Source of the DNA: Eledone cirrhosa
Taxonomy: Eukaryota
Length of the DNA: 64,000 bases
NCBI GenBank assembly: GCA_964016885.1
Contig: OZ024764.1
Coordinates: forward strand, 23,808,001 to 23,872,000
Direction of reading: 5' to 3'
The position numbers and the translations under genes are program-made. The notes beneath the pieces are model-generated. The model was not told the origin of the DNA. It ran no database searches and saw nothing but the letters and a program-made list of their open reading frames with translations. Shown piece after piece: positions 12,377 to 26,306 of this stretch (positions are counted from its first letter, which is position 1; every line of letters starts with the position of its first letter).

Positions 12377-12737
12377 TATATATACTACTAAAACTCTGTG
12401 ATTGTGTCTTGTCTGTAATTTAATACAGCTAAAACAGTGCATAATGGGGAAATACTTTGAAAAGAATAAAACAAGTTTTGTATAAATTGGGGCACAGGTT
12501 CCCAAGATACGGGGTTTTCTGGGTACCTTGATAAATATAGGGAGAGAAAGAGATAGTGGTTGTGAGAGAGAGGGAGCTGGTGGTGTTGTTTAATAAAATA
12601 TGTGTGTGTATATATATATACGTATGTGTATATATATATACGTATGTGTATATTTTAACTAATTAAAAACTATTTTAAAATGACTTTTAAAAAATAGTTT
12701 TAAGGGAACGTGACCCAACAGGTCCCGGGTGGTCTAG
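12377..12737 (+). mobile_element. Non-autonomous Helitron
   Basis: 3' GTGACC-CAACA-GGTCCC hairpin followed by CTAG|T; the A|TC 5' terminus is intact in the paralogs at 25940 and 55733. Confidence 0.7.
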
Positions 12738-13144
12738 TTTGTTACTAAATACTAGATATTAGAGGGTCATGCTGTTCTAGATGTGCTGGAAGAGCCATTC
12801 CATCTTGTGAGGTTCACAGATGCAGCTAGCCACCTCAGCACCTATGGTGGTATATTTATTATATTATTTATTCTTTATCATTAACATTAATATAATAGAT
12901 AATTATATATTTTTAGAAAAGAACCTCTAACTTCATATAGCTTAGGGCTTCAGTAGGTAAAAGTCTGGCCCTGCTTGTCTTGTATTTTTTAGGGGAGAAG
13001 TTAGGGAATACTGTTATTGTGTGAAAGTTTTCTAAATCTTCTTCAGCCACTAACATGGAGAAGATATTTCAGTAAGAAGGTTCACATCCTGACATCTATA
13101 GCTGTTAACAATGAGATTGGAATTCGTTATTAAACAAATGTTAT

Positions 13145-14035
13145 ATCATCATCACTGTTTTACATCAGTTTTTCCACGCTGGCATGGGTTAGACGAGTTA
13201 TCCTGTTGTAAGCAATGCCAGGTCAGGTGACCACGTCTTGCTCCTACAGAACAAATTTTGGATTGGTTTCTACAGCTGGATGACCTTCCTAGAACCAACC
13301 TTATTTACATTAAGTACTCGGTGCTTTTTGTTGTCACACCTACATGACCACTTTACAGTGTGGACTGGGTACTTTTTGTTGTGACACCTACATGACCACT
13401 TTACAGTGTGGACTGGGTGCTTTTTAACATCTCACCAGCACCACCACTTTACAGTGTAGGCTGGGTGCTTTTTACCATCTCACCATGATGACCACTTTAC
13501 ATTGACTACTGGGTGCTTTTTGTCGCGACACCTACATGACCACTTTACAGTGTGGACTGGGTGCTTTTTGTTGTGACACCTACATGACCACTTTACAGTG
13601 TGGACTGGGTGCTTTTTGTTGTGACACCTACATGACCACTTTACAGTGTGGTCTGGGTGCTTTTTGTTGTGACACCTACATGACCACTTTACAGTGTGGT
13701 CTGGGTGCTTTTTGTCGCGACACCTACATGACCACTTTACAGTGTGGACTGGGCACTTTTTGTCGTGACACATACATACATACATACACACACATATACA
13801 TACATTTATAATATAACCATACATGACCACTTTACAGTGTGGTCTGGGTACTTTTTGTTGTGACACCTACATGAGCACTTTACAGTGTGGACTGGGTACT
13901 TTATGTTGTGACACCTACATCACCACTTTACAGTGTGGACTTAGTACTTTTTGTTGTGACACCTACATGACCACTTTACAGTGTGTACTGGGTACTTTTT
14001 GTTGTGACACCTACACAACCTCTTTACAGTGTTGG
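13145..14035 (-). repeat. SINE/RTE-tail element with an expanded internal 48-bp tandem repeat
   Basis: Start is the reverse complement of the 11170-11310 tail; unit GACACCTACATGACCACTTTACAGTGTGGACTGGGTGCTTTTTGTTGT (period 48); paralogs at 26715-27270, 39217-39635 and 56503-57030. Confidence 0.8.
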
Positions 14036-14146
14036 CCGTGAAATATCTAATGCACCAGCTTCAGTAATCAGAAGATCGCTGTTTTCTATATTATAATTTT
14101 ATAATATACATATAAACACACATACAAACACACACATATATATATA

Positions 14147-16075
14147 CAGTATATATATATACGAGTGTCCCAAGTAAAGAGTTTTCGAGATACGAGCCGT
14201 CCCTCGGCTGATTTTTTGCGTTGAGTTCCAGTTTTAGTTGGCATAGCGACCGCCACAGGGAATACCATAACACCCGTCCAGCATCCCATGGGTTCGAAGA
14301 AAGTGAGGGCGAAGGACAGTTCTGAGAAGAAGAAGCAGATGATGTGTATTGAATTAAAGAAAGAAATTATAGAAAAACATGTCCAAGGTGTGTGTGTAGT
14401 GGACTTGATAAAGGCTATAACCCCAGCTAAGGGTGGTAAAATAATTTCTAAACAGCGGACCTCTATCCATGAAAATATGGAGAAGCAGCTTGCAAGAGAT
14501 ACCGTGATGAAGATTATAATATGTGAGAAGGCACGAACTATTTACGCTGATTTGCTGCAGCAGACCCCAAGTACTTCTACGGACGAGCCATCGGCAAGCC
14601 CTTTAATGCCAGTCGGGGTTGGTTTGAGAATTTTAAAAAGAGGACCGGGATTCACTCAGTTGTCAGGCATGGTGAGGCAGCGAGCGCGGATATGAAGGCA
14701 GCTGAGGATTACCTCAAAACCTTTGCCGGAATTATAGCAGCCAAAGGATACATCCCTCAGCAAGTCTTTAACTGTGATGAAACAGGACTTTTTTGGAAGA
14801 AGATGCCAAGGAGGACTTATATAACGGCAGAGGAGAAGAGGATGCCTGGCCACAAACCCATGAAGGATAGGCTAACCCTCGCACTGTGCCACTGTGAACG
14901 TTGACTGTAAGATTAAGTTGCCGCTCGTTTATCATTCGGAAAACTTTAAGTCACATAAGATTCTGAAAGAAAAACTGCAGGTTATGTGGAGGGCCAACCC
15001 GAGGGCATGGGTCACCAGGCAGTTCGTTGTGGATTGGGTGAATTTGGTCCTGACATTAAAAAATATCCCCATGAAAATAACCTACCCCTGTAAACCCTTC
15101 TTGTTCTGGAAAATACACCTGCTCACCCACCTAACCTCGAAGAGTTCAAGTTTATAAAGGTCCTCTACCTTCCACCAAACACCACCCCTATCCTACAGTC
15201 CAACGACCAGCGGGTACTTTCTAATTTCAAGAAGCTCTTCACCAAGCACCTGTTCAGTCGCTGCTTTGAAGTGACGGAGAGCACAAACTTCACCCTTGAG
15301 AGGGCTGGAAGGACCATTATAACATCGTGATATGCCTCAGAATTATCGATATGACCTGGCAGGGTCTTACAAAGAGGACCTTGACCTCTACATGGAAGAA
15401 GCTGTGGCCTGAAGTTGTGTTTAAAACAGACTTTGAAAGACTGGAACCCGAAGCGGCAGTGGTGGCGGAGATTGTACCCCTCGATAAGTCCATGGGCCTG
15501 GACATGGATGAAGGTGACATCAACGAGCTCATCGAGGAGCACTCCGAGGAGATGACAACGAAGGAATTAAAGGAGCTACAGACACAGCAACACACGGAGT
15601 TTTTGCAGGAAATAGGTGACACAGTGGAGGTTATCTCAACAAGTGAGATGAAACAAACCTTATTAGACAGGTTTTTATCGAAAATCCCTGCAGATAAAAG
15701 TGAGGAACGCGTGGCGAAAAGGGCAAAAATCAGCGAATAAGATTCAGTTATTCAGTTCATCCTTTCTCCTCCGTCAACATCCTCAAGTCGTCTGATCTCC
15801 AAGATAGATGCTGTACATTATACTTAATAAAACCAGTTTATTGTAGTACATTCTATTGTATTGTTTTTTATATACAATATTTGTCATTTATAAGTACATT
15901 TTTCTTATTTAAAAACACGTAACAAAACAAACTGTGGTTTTTTGGGGGGGGGGTCTGGAACGGATTAACGGCATTTTATTTTATTTCAGTGGGGAAAATT
16001 GATTTGACATATGAGTAATTTAAGTTACGAGGTCCTCCACGGAACAAATTAAACTCGTAAGTCAAGGTACAACAG
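14147..16075 (+). mobile_element. Tigger/pogo (TIGD1-like) DNA transposon, frameshifted
   Basis: HTH N-terminus (IELKKEIIEKH) and VFNCDETGLFWKKMPRRTYI DDE motif spread over several frames; degenerate 3' TIR CTCGTAAGTCAAGGTACAACAG. Confidence 0.9.
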
Positions 16076-16096
16076 TGTGTATATATATATATATAT

Positions 16097-16270
16097 GAAG
16101 GAATGATCGACTTTGGTCAAATCGGACCGAGGAGGCAATGTTTCCATTGGTCTTTCCAATTGCTAGTACTATCGGTCGCAACTCCAGGTAGAAGGAACAA
16201 CGTGAAATAAAGTGTCTTGCTCAAGGTCATAACGCATCGCCTGGTCCAGGAATCGAACTCACAACCTCAA
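16097..16270 (-). mobile_element. tRNA-derived SINE fragment
   Basis: Reverse complement of the SINE at 30900-31105 (B box GTTCGATTC, CCTTGAGCAAGACAC core); paralog at 41787-41960. Confidence 0.7.
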
Positions 16271-17196
16271 GATATATATATATATATATAAATGAAGAAT
16301 ATAGAAATTATTGTAGCAAAAAGCCAACAGTATTCCATTATATATATGTATATATAGTATAAAAGAGAAAACACAGGTAAGCATTAAGAGAAGGATTTTA
16401 TCCAGGTATTTACGACCGTTTCATTGGTAAGTGCAACCTTATATTTCTATCCTGCAAATAGCAGCCACTCAATTATAATTGTTGTTCACAGTCCAAATTT
16501 TCAAAATAGTAAGTTACTCTTGAAATAATTCTTAATATATAGAGAAAAACATTTATTTGGAATTGTATTTACTAGTATAGAGAGAGAGGAATCAGAAGGT
16601 GAGGGGACAGACGGAATAGTATAGAGAGAGAGGAAGGGGGAAGAGGTAGGAAGTAGAGTGACAAACTGAGATGGAGGGAGGGGTAGAGGTGGCAGGATTC
16701 TTTGGTCAGTTTTGACAGCAGACTTCATGTCGTGGAATGTAGTGAGTTAAAGAGAATTAAATTGATCATTTTTGGAGGGATGGATATATATATATAGTTA
16801 AATATTAGACAGGAACAAAAAACAGGCAGTGCAAATGGTAGTTTATACCGAGAGAGAGACAGACAAACACATCTATACCCCTACTACAGTAAAACAAAAC
16901 ATATGTAAGGGGAGACAACTCTCGTTACATCCCCCCTTCTTTTTGATATACGTCCTTTATATACTTTGTTCAATGGAATCTGCTTTATTTTGTGTCCTAA
17001 GTAGATTTCTGTTTAATTATTTACGAGATTCACAATGATTCACGTAACCAAGTTACTTACATAGAGATATATTTCACATAGAATCACAACAAATGAAAAT
17101 ATTAAGTCAACACTCTGTCAATCAGTCTCACATCACATGGGGTGCTGGAGTCTCCCTCTAATACTTTCTGAGACAGTCTTACCTCGAGTGATAGCA

Positions 17197-17740
17197 AGGC
17201 TAAGATGTTGGAACTACCAAACAGTACCAAACAATATGTATCACCTGACACCTCGGTAAGGAGAGCTGCCAACGATAACAAGAACCTCGTTGTCAGGGAC
17301 CTATCTCCTCCAAACTTCTCCAACACCACAGACTAGAATATTCTACTCTTTATTCCCTATCAAATATATTTCAGTCTAGTCATTGTATCTTGTATATATA
17401 TTTTCAAAACTAACTGTCACATTTGTGAGACCCCAGTTAGTGATGTTTTTGTCTCCCTCCCACATCTTACATGCTGTAGTAAAAGTGAGGGTCACTGCTT
17501 CTGTAGACGAACGAAATAAAAGTTAAAATACCAGTAATTATCGGCAAAGTATTTATTCCAGTCTGTGATGTTTGAGAAGCTGGGCTGCTGACAACGAAGT
17601 TGCTGTTACTGTTGGCGGCTGGCTTTACCGAAGTACCCGATGACTCTTGTGAGGGTACTTAGCTGTTCTGGCAACTTAACCTCCATATGACCCGATCTTA
17701 CCGAGATACCCGGTGATCTCTGTAAGAGTACTTAGCTGTT
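17197..17740. repeat. Upstream inverted-repeat block related to the 62-bp minisatellite
   Basis: Left arm 17197-17347 (+) contains a full 62-mer-like unit; right arm 17548-17740 is its diverged reverse complement with about 73-bp repeats. Confidence 0.75.
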
Positions 17741-17821
17741 GTATTTTAATTTCATTTACTGATTTCAACTTTCATTTTTTTTATTACAAACTTTACATAA
17801 TTTAATTCGGTAAAAATATTT

Positions 17822-17966
17822 TTACGTCACAAAAAAACTTGACCTTTGACATTGAAGCATGCGCAGTGGTGCAGTTGTCGACTTCCTGTCCACGTGTTAG
17901 TCTTCCTACAACAACATTTAGACAACATTTCTGTAAATACTAAACACCTGAGACTATAATGTAAGT
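17822..17966 (+). promoter_or_regulatory. Unit 2 promoter, exon 1 and donor (with an extra DR1-like motif)
   Basis: Same motif series as 355-487 plus TGACCTTTGACA at 17840-17851; GTAAGT at 17961. Confidence 0.7.
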
Positions 17967-18498
17967 ATTATGTCTATTAATATTGTAGATTTAAGCTCAC
18001 TTTTCACATCACAAATATATATTTTCTTGTTTGTTTCATTACTGGAAATATAAAATGTTATCGTAATTATCTATATTTTACCTACCTCTAATTAATTAAA
18101 GTGAAAACTTTTGTTGTTGCTGAAAAATAAATTAACAAAACTAAATATTTAAATATTCTAAAGGTCGTTTTTATATTATGTGATGATATAATTAATATAT
18201 TTTATTACAATTGTATAAATTTACAGTAGAATAACGTTGTAAATATGTTTTAAATATATACATAAATAACATAAGTGTGTAAATAACATTATGAATTGCT
18301 GGCAATTCCTTGAGAAAGACATTACAAATATATTGTCTAAACTGTGTATAATAATATAATTTATTGAGCAATAATGATAAAGGAAAGAAAAACACAGTGG
18401 GAAATGGCAATTGACCACCAAGCGTGATAATAGGCCACACCTCACACCTTAGGGGTTAACTACACACTTTGAGGCAAGCCAACACACTGGCAGCATTA

Positions 18499-18777
18499 CT
18501 AAGGTGTTGAAATAACCAGGTACCCTCACGGGTATCACCTGGTACCTCGGTAAGGCGAGGCTAAGGTGTTGAAATAACCAGGTACCCTCACGGGTATCAC
18601 CTAACACCTCGGTAAGGTGAGGCTAAGGATCTGAAATAACCAGGTACCCTCACGGGTATCACCTGACACCTCGGTAAGGTGAGGCTAAGGGGCTGAAATA
18701 ACCAGGTACCCTCACGGGTATCACCTGACACCTTGGTAAGGTGAGTCTAAGGGGCTGAAATAACCAGGTACCCTCAC
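18499..18777 (+). repeat. 62-bp minisatellite, about 4.5 units
   Basis: GAAATAACCAGGTAC at 18509, 18571, 18633, 18695 and 18757. Confidence 0.95.
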
Positions 18778-19133
18778 GGAAACGACTAGATTTGTAGAAG
18801 AAGTAGGGTGAAAGTATACGAAGAGATGTAGTTTCACAGATCTACTCACACCTCAAGTTGGGTGGGAAATAATTATTTTTCTTAGATTTTTTTCTAGACC
18901 CCTTTTCAATATTTTCTCTGAACCCCTTAGATACTTGCAATAGACGTTTTATTCCCCAGTATTAGGGTTAGGGTTTCCGTTTTCAGGAAGAAAAGTCGAT
19001 TGCAAACATCTAAGCGGTCGAGAAAAATTATAAGGAAAGATAATTATTTCCCAGCCAACTGGAGAAGTGTGTAGCTCTTCTAAACTCTGATAATCCTGTC
19101 TCCCACTTTTTATCTACAAATCTAGTCGTTTCC
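18778..19133. mobile_element. Palindromic MITE (paralog of 3604-3963)
   Basis: Same TIRs; central TTAGGGTTAGGG. Confidence 0.8.
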
Positions 19134-19535
19134 TGCTACTTTGAAGGCCCTATTTATTGATAACACCACCTGTAAATCTTTGTCAACTTTTCACACGTAA
19201 ATTGTGAATCAGTTATTTTTAAACAAACTATCAAAGAAGTGATCTCACAGTAACTGTGTTTGATTTAATCAACTTATTCCCCCCAAACATTGTCGACCTT
19301 GTGTCTAAATCAGAAACTGTTATAAGATCTTAAATCAACCCCGTAAAGATGAAGGGCAAAGCTAACCTCGGCGGGATTTCAACCCTTTATGTTATGAGTT
19401 CAAATCCCACCAAAGTTAACTTTGTCTTTCATTCTAACGGGGTGGATAAATTAAAGTTCCAGTAATCTACTGGGGTCTGAGATATTAAGGTTTGAGTAGA
19501 TTCTATCTTTTTGTGTGTTTGTATTTATAATCTTA

Positions 19536-19644
19536 CTAGAACACCTGTGACCTGTTGGGTCACGTTCCCTTTAAAAATAATATTTAAATAATTAAAATAT
19601 ACACAGACATGTATATAATGTAAAATGAAATTAGTAGGCCCATG

Positions 19645-19675
<31 letters not shown>

Positions 19676-19728
19676 GCGTGTGTGTGTATATATATATATA
19701 TGCGTGTGTGTGTATATATATATATATA

Positions 19729-19760
<32 letters not shown>

Positions 19761-20030
19761 CACACGTCACTTGATATAATTTTATAACTTTGTTCAACAG
19801 CACCACCAGCTATCTCTCTCACACACACCCATTATCTTTCTCTCTCTATTTATAAAGGTGCCAGAAGAACCCCATATCTCGGGAACCTGTACATTGATTT
19901 ACGTGAAACTTATTTTATCCCATTTGTATTCCCATTTCAGGGTCAACTTCCTTTCAAACTATTTTCCCGTTATGCCCCGTTTTGGCTGTATTACATTACA
20001 GACAAGACACAATCACAGAGTTTTAGGTTT
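19536..20030 (-). mobile_element. Non-autonomous Helitron, opposite orientation to the 3' copies
   Basis: Diverged reverse complement of 12390-12737; GTGACC..GGTCAC hairpin plus CTAG|T on the minus strand. Confidence 0.7.
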
Positions 20031-20084
20031 ATAATGTTATAGTATCATGATAGGGTAATACAGTTATTTATAGACCTGTGGTAA

Positions 20085-20216
20085 ATGTTGGTTCAGTCCA
20101 CCCTGGGGGGTGTAAGTGTTGGTTGAGTCTACCCTGAGGGGTGTTAGTGTTGGTTCAGTCCACCCTGGGGGGTGTAAGTGTTGGTTCAGTCTACCCTGAG
20201 GGGTGTCAGTGTTGGT
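20085..20216. repeat. About 31-bp GC-rich minisatellite
   Basis: GTTGGTTCAGTCCACCCTGGGGGGTGTAAGT x4; paralog at 34650-34812. Confidence 0.8.
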
Positions 20217-20239
20217 CAATGATAACCTTTATAACTAGA

Positions 20240-20645
20240 GGCCTGTTGGTGAGGACAAGCTGGAAGTGGTGACATCTTTCTGCTACCTGTGTGACATGTC
20301 AGCTGGAAGTGGAGCCAAGTTCACTGCCATCGTGCTGTGCCACTCCACAGGTAACAAGTTTAGGCAGCTTCTCTTAATCCTCAAGACATGCTGGCTACCA
20401 TTAGACACCATGGGGCAGGTTTATAACACCTGTGGGAGAAGTGTGTTGTTTCATGCCAGCGAGACCTGGGCCATGTTATCTGACTGTCTGAATTGACTCT
20501 GAAGAAATAACAGAGCTATGATCCACTGGATGTGTAATGTGACCATTGAGGATGATGTCAGCTCAACTGAGCTCCTAAAAAAACTGCTGATCGACAACCT
20601 CAAGGATGTGTTTCACAGGAGACACATGCACTGGTATGGCCATGT
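20240..20645 (+). mobile_element. RTE LINE fragment
   Basis: EVVTSFCYL..LFHASETW..WMCNV..WYGHV motifs with stops. Confidence 0.65.
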
Positions 20646-20649
20646 TGTG

Positions 20650-22873
20650 CATTCTCTCTCAACTCATCTATGCTTGGTCGTTGATGCACATTGACATTGC
20701 ACATCCAACGGAGCATACTTGCTTCATTTTTCTCCAGCCGTTGCATATCCTCTGCAGTTGCTGTCCGTGTCTCACTACCGTGCAGCATCACACATCTCAT
20801 GCAGGCATCACCAGCCATTCGTTCTTAGAGAGAAACCCTTCTTTGTCAACAGAGGAAGCAGCTCCCTAAACTTCTTCCAACCCGTCCTTATTCTAGATAC
20901 TATGGCCTCTGGGCACCCTCCTCCCATGCTAATTTGATCACCTAGATACCGGAAGCTATCAACCACTTCTATAGAACCTACCTGCATTTGAAAAATGTGT
21001 CTATCACTGCGACTTCTACCGTCAAATTTCCCTGTACATCTACTACATATGTATTTTTCCCTACCTGATAGTTTGCCTGCTATCCCACTACATTTCTTGT
21101 GTACCCAAGATCTGCATTGTGTTACATTATAGAATTTATGCCAGTTCCTTTTCTACATATTGAACAAGGCCATTTCCCTGATGGAATGACAGTTTTGTCC
21201 TCTTTTCTACTCATCAACACTTTAGTCTTAGCTAGGTTCACTCTCAGTCCTCTTGCTTCCAACTGCTGTTGCAATAGCCAGAATTTATTCTCTAGCTCCT
21301 CTACTGATTCTGCTATAAGAACCATATCGTCAGCATAGAGAACTTCCCATGGGCACCTAGTCTTAAACTCCTCTGTTATGACTTGGAGGACTATAATGAA
21401 CAAGAGCGGGCTGAGGACCGAACCCTGATGTACTCCTGCATCTGTAATTCCTCACTAAACTCCATGCCTACCCTCACTTTACTGACAGCACCTCTGTACA
21501 TAGCTTGCACTGTCTTCACAAACTATTCCTCTACACCTAGTTTCCTTAGGGTCCACCAGATGACAGATTGGGGTACTCTATCAAAGGCCTTCTCTAGGTC
21601 AACAAAAACTAAGTATAGTGGTTTTCTTCTCTAAGAACCTCTCTTGTAGTTGTCTCACTAAGAAGAGGGCATCTGTTTGACTCTTTCTCTAAGTTGCGCT
21701 AGTATTCTTTCTGTCACTTTCATAACCTGATCCATCAGGTTTATACCCCTATAATTACTCCCCTCCAGAACATCCCCTTTACCTTTACCTCAATTTATGA
21801 GAATACTGCTGCACCAGTCTTTGGGTATGACACCACCATATATAGCTAGATTAATGATGCATTCAACCAGTTTAATTCCTACTTCTCTTGATGCCTTCAG
21901 CATCTCAGCAACTATCCCCAACAGTCCAGCGGACTTACCATTTTTCATTTCCTTAATTGGACCCTATAGTCGTCAATCTCAATAGCTGGTCCTTCTGTTG
22001 GGTCTACTGAAGGTAGCTCCCCTCCTATTCATTCTCCACATTCATCAGTCTCTCATAATGACATTTCCAGGCCTCCTTTTTTTTGAGAATCAGTGACACT
22101 AAGTGCACCAACATCCTGATTTACACTGACACACTGCCTTGCAATGTGGATCACCGCACATCTCTGATCTCCCCATCGCAGGACATTGGCAAACCTTCTA
22201 CTCTCAGCCTCCCTGCATGTTGAGTAGGCCTGACATCTAGCTTCTCTCTTAGCGGCTGTGAATCGGTCTCTACCCCTACCATTTTTCCTAGCCTTTTGTC
22301 TCTAATGGCTCTATCTACCGTGCTGTTCCACCACCAGGCCACCCTCTGTCTGGTTGGAGCTCTGCTCCAGCAACAAGTTTCTTCAGTAACCTGCAGTATG
22401 TTGTCACGTAAGAAATTCCAGTTATCATCCATGTCATACGACATTGAAGGGCTTTCCTAAATTTATATTTTAGTGAAAGGTCTTTTAGTTTCCAGTCCTT
22501 CTTTTTCAAACCTTCTTGTATGTCTCTCTTTGTCTCTTGCTTACTGAGATGTCACTAACGGCTAACCTATGTTGGGGGGTTACATTGTTCCCTGGGGTAT
22601 GCCTTAGTATTTGACACCATCTGTCTCTCTTGCTACTTAACTAGCAAGAAGTAAATCTGTCTCATGTGCTCACCTGATTGGTAGGTTATTAGGTGGTTGG
22701 TAGGTTTCTTGAAGTGTTGCAAATGGTTAGTTCACTTGCATCACAAAATACAAGAAGCCTCACTCTTTCTTCGTTTCTTGAGCCATAACCATGACCACCA
22801 TGTACCCCAGTATATCCATCCTGGAACTGTCCAACATGACCATTGAAGTCCCCTGCTATTATAACTAGGTCTC
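20650..22873 (-). mobile_element. Degraded RTE LINE (APE to RT)
   Basis: ORF pieces 21122-21403 (PWEVLYADD..GLRVNLAKTK), 20600-20818 (LHGSET) and 22151-22444 (WWWN); many frameshifts. Confidence 0.85.
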
Positions 22874-22969
22874 AAAATCTCATAGATTTGATATTATGAG
22901 AGATAAAGCATTTACTGTGAAAATATAATAGTATATATAGAGTAATGTGAATACTAAAGGGTTAATCTG

Positions 22970-23102
22970 ATGTCACTAATAACTACTTTTATCTGTCAGT
23001 TTATTCTAATGTCACTAATAACTACTTTTATCAGTCAGTTTAATCTAATGTCACTAATAACTACTTTTATCAGTCAGTATAATCTACTACCACTAATAAC
23101 TA
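22970..23102 (+). repeat. 39-bp minisatellite, 3 full units
   Basis: Same unit as 6098-6970. Confidence 0.95.
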
Positions 23103-23439
23103 ACCTATGTTAGTCAGCACATTCTTCACCAAAGAAGACCTTAGTATTTATTACAGTCCATTTATCAATATAGAAATATTATAGGAAATTTGTACTGATG
23201 TATTACAAGTTTCTGAGTATCTTATAATGTTCTTTTATTATTTCAGAATACCAGAGGACATTGGCATTAAAGAGCACGTTACATCAGACATATCCTCAAC
23301 ATTAACCATTTCTAATGAAAGACACTAACCATCATTTTCAAATAATTTTGAAAACACTCAACACTTTGAAGTGATTTAGTAATATAACTAAATTTCTCAG
23401 TATTAAGCTGTGAATTATGTGAGAAACTGAGGTGATTGA

Positions 23440-24489
<1,050 letters not shown>

Positions 24490-25446
24490 CTGTGTCAATA
24501 TCAAACTCATTACATCATACTACAACAACAATTGTGTAGATCCATCATTCTTGCTAAAACTGGGGTCAACCTTGTAGGTTTTACCTAGGACAGGGATCAT
24601 AAAACCAGTTTTCCATTTTTGAAGCAGTGTTTGAAGATTTTGTGTAAATTAAAGTTTTTCTCTTTAAACTTTCATTTATTATACTTTAACAGGTAAGATA
24701 TATATTTGTATTTTTAGTAAAGGTTGGGAACTTCTGTAATTTAAACCTGCCAATAAAATGAAAACTTTTGTTGTTAGTCAGACATTGATATTAATTCTAT
24801 TGTCCTGTACATTGTCTCAAATATCACAAATTAAACAGATTTTAACAATAACAACAGAAATCAATAACTTGTAAGCCTAATATCTAGCTTCCATTTTAAC
24901 TATTTGATATTGTTGTTCCCCTCTTGCCTCTTCAGGTCTTTTAGATTTCAACTTCTATCTACTGTACTATTCCATCACCAAGGCAACATTCATCTGGCTG
25001 GCAGCTTACATCAACTACAGATCTCCAACCCTTCTTTCTCCAGATAGTCTTGTATCTGTCAGTCCCTCTATATCTTATATTTAACAGGGAGATCTTTTAC
25101 TCTCCAACCCTTCTTTCTCCAGATAGTCTTGTATCTGTCAGTCCCTCTAGATATTACACCTAGTATCTAGTCTATGTTGAGTGGTACGTCCTTCTCCAGT
25201 AAAGGAGTTAATATTCCCAACCATCTGTCTATCCTGTTTTCTGATGAGAATGAAGTCAATCTAGTTTATCTCTTCACCTGATTGAAGTAACTAGATCAAG
25301 TAACTAGATGCTTTCCTGTAAGTTAGTGTTGCAGTGTTTGTGTCACCATGTAAGGTTTATATCTATTAATATAGAGATGTAGTAAAGTTTTCACTGTTGT
25401 ATCTCTACTTTCTAAATATCTTAATAATGTTTCTCTACTATTTCAG

Positions 25447-25885
25447 AATATCACATGACCTTGACAGAAAAGAGTCTTTTAAAGACAACAGAAAGATGTT
25501 ACATACAAGTGATATAAACTTGTTTAGTCTGTGGTGAATTATGGTGAAATATTTCTTCTGAATTGAGATAAATAACAACATTTTCCTTTTTCACTGTCTG
25601 GAATATTTACAAGATGATTTTACATTTTGATTAAACTTTGGATATTTGCAAAGGAGTTTTAAAAATATTTGGATATTGACAAAGATCACATTTGGTAAAA
25701 TTATGAACAATAGAAATATTTACATCAACATAGGAATATTTTCCAGAAGAGATGGGAAAATCATATACCACTAATATTTGTGGTAAAGTATTCTCTCTTC
25801 TTTATATGTAGAACATCTAACTAAACACTTTAACTAACAAACTATTGTGCTCTAGAATTGACAAACTTGAGCAATGTTTAATAAA
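25447..25885 (+). pseudogene. Degenerate second ZNF exon (unit 2)
   Basis: Paralog of 11882-12322; half finger further eroded by small deletions; AATAAA at 25880. Confidence 0.6.
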
Positions 25886-25939
25886 TGTTACAGATTTCTC
25901 CAAACTGTCGTTTACTAACTTTAATTTGAAGCTATGTTA

Positions 25940-26306
25940 TCTATATACTACTAAAACTCTGTAATTGTGTCTTGTCTAATTTAATACAGCTAAAACAGTG
26001 CATAATGGGGAAATACTTTGAAAGGAATAAAACAATTTTTGTATAAATTGGAGCACATGTTCCCAAGATACGGGGATTTCTGGGTACCTTGATATATATA
26101 GGGAGAGAAAGAGATAGTGGTTGTGAGAGTGAGGAGACAGATGGAAGAGATAGAGAGAGAGCTGGTGGTGTTGTTTAATAAAATATGTGTGTGTGTATAT
26201 ATATATATACGTATGTGTATATTTTAACTAATTAAAAATCATTTTTAAATGACTTTTAAAAAATAGTTTTAAGGGAACGTGACCCAACAGGTCCCGGGTG
26301 GTCTAG
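25940..26306 (+). mobile_element. Non-autonomous Helitron
   Basis: A|TCTATATACTACTAAAAC ... hairpin ... CTAG|T. Confidence 0.75.

Noticed and set aside
13480-14041. Cys/His-rich repeat ORFs on both strands
   Set aside because: They are translations of a 48-bp tandem repeat inside a SINE-like element and are not maintained in paralogous units.
18499-18777. CRISPR-like array
   Set aside because: Units repeat over their whole length with no unique spacers, there are no cas genes, and the context is eukaryotic.
18962-18973. Interstitial telomere or chromosome fusion site
   Set aside because: Only two TTAGGG units, located inside a MITE.
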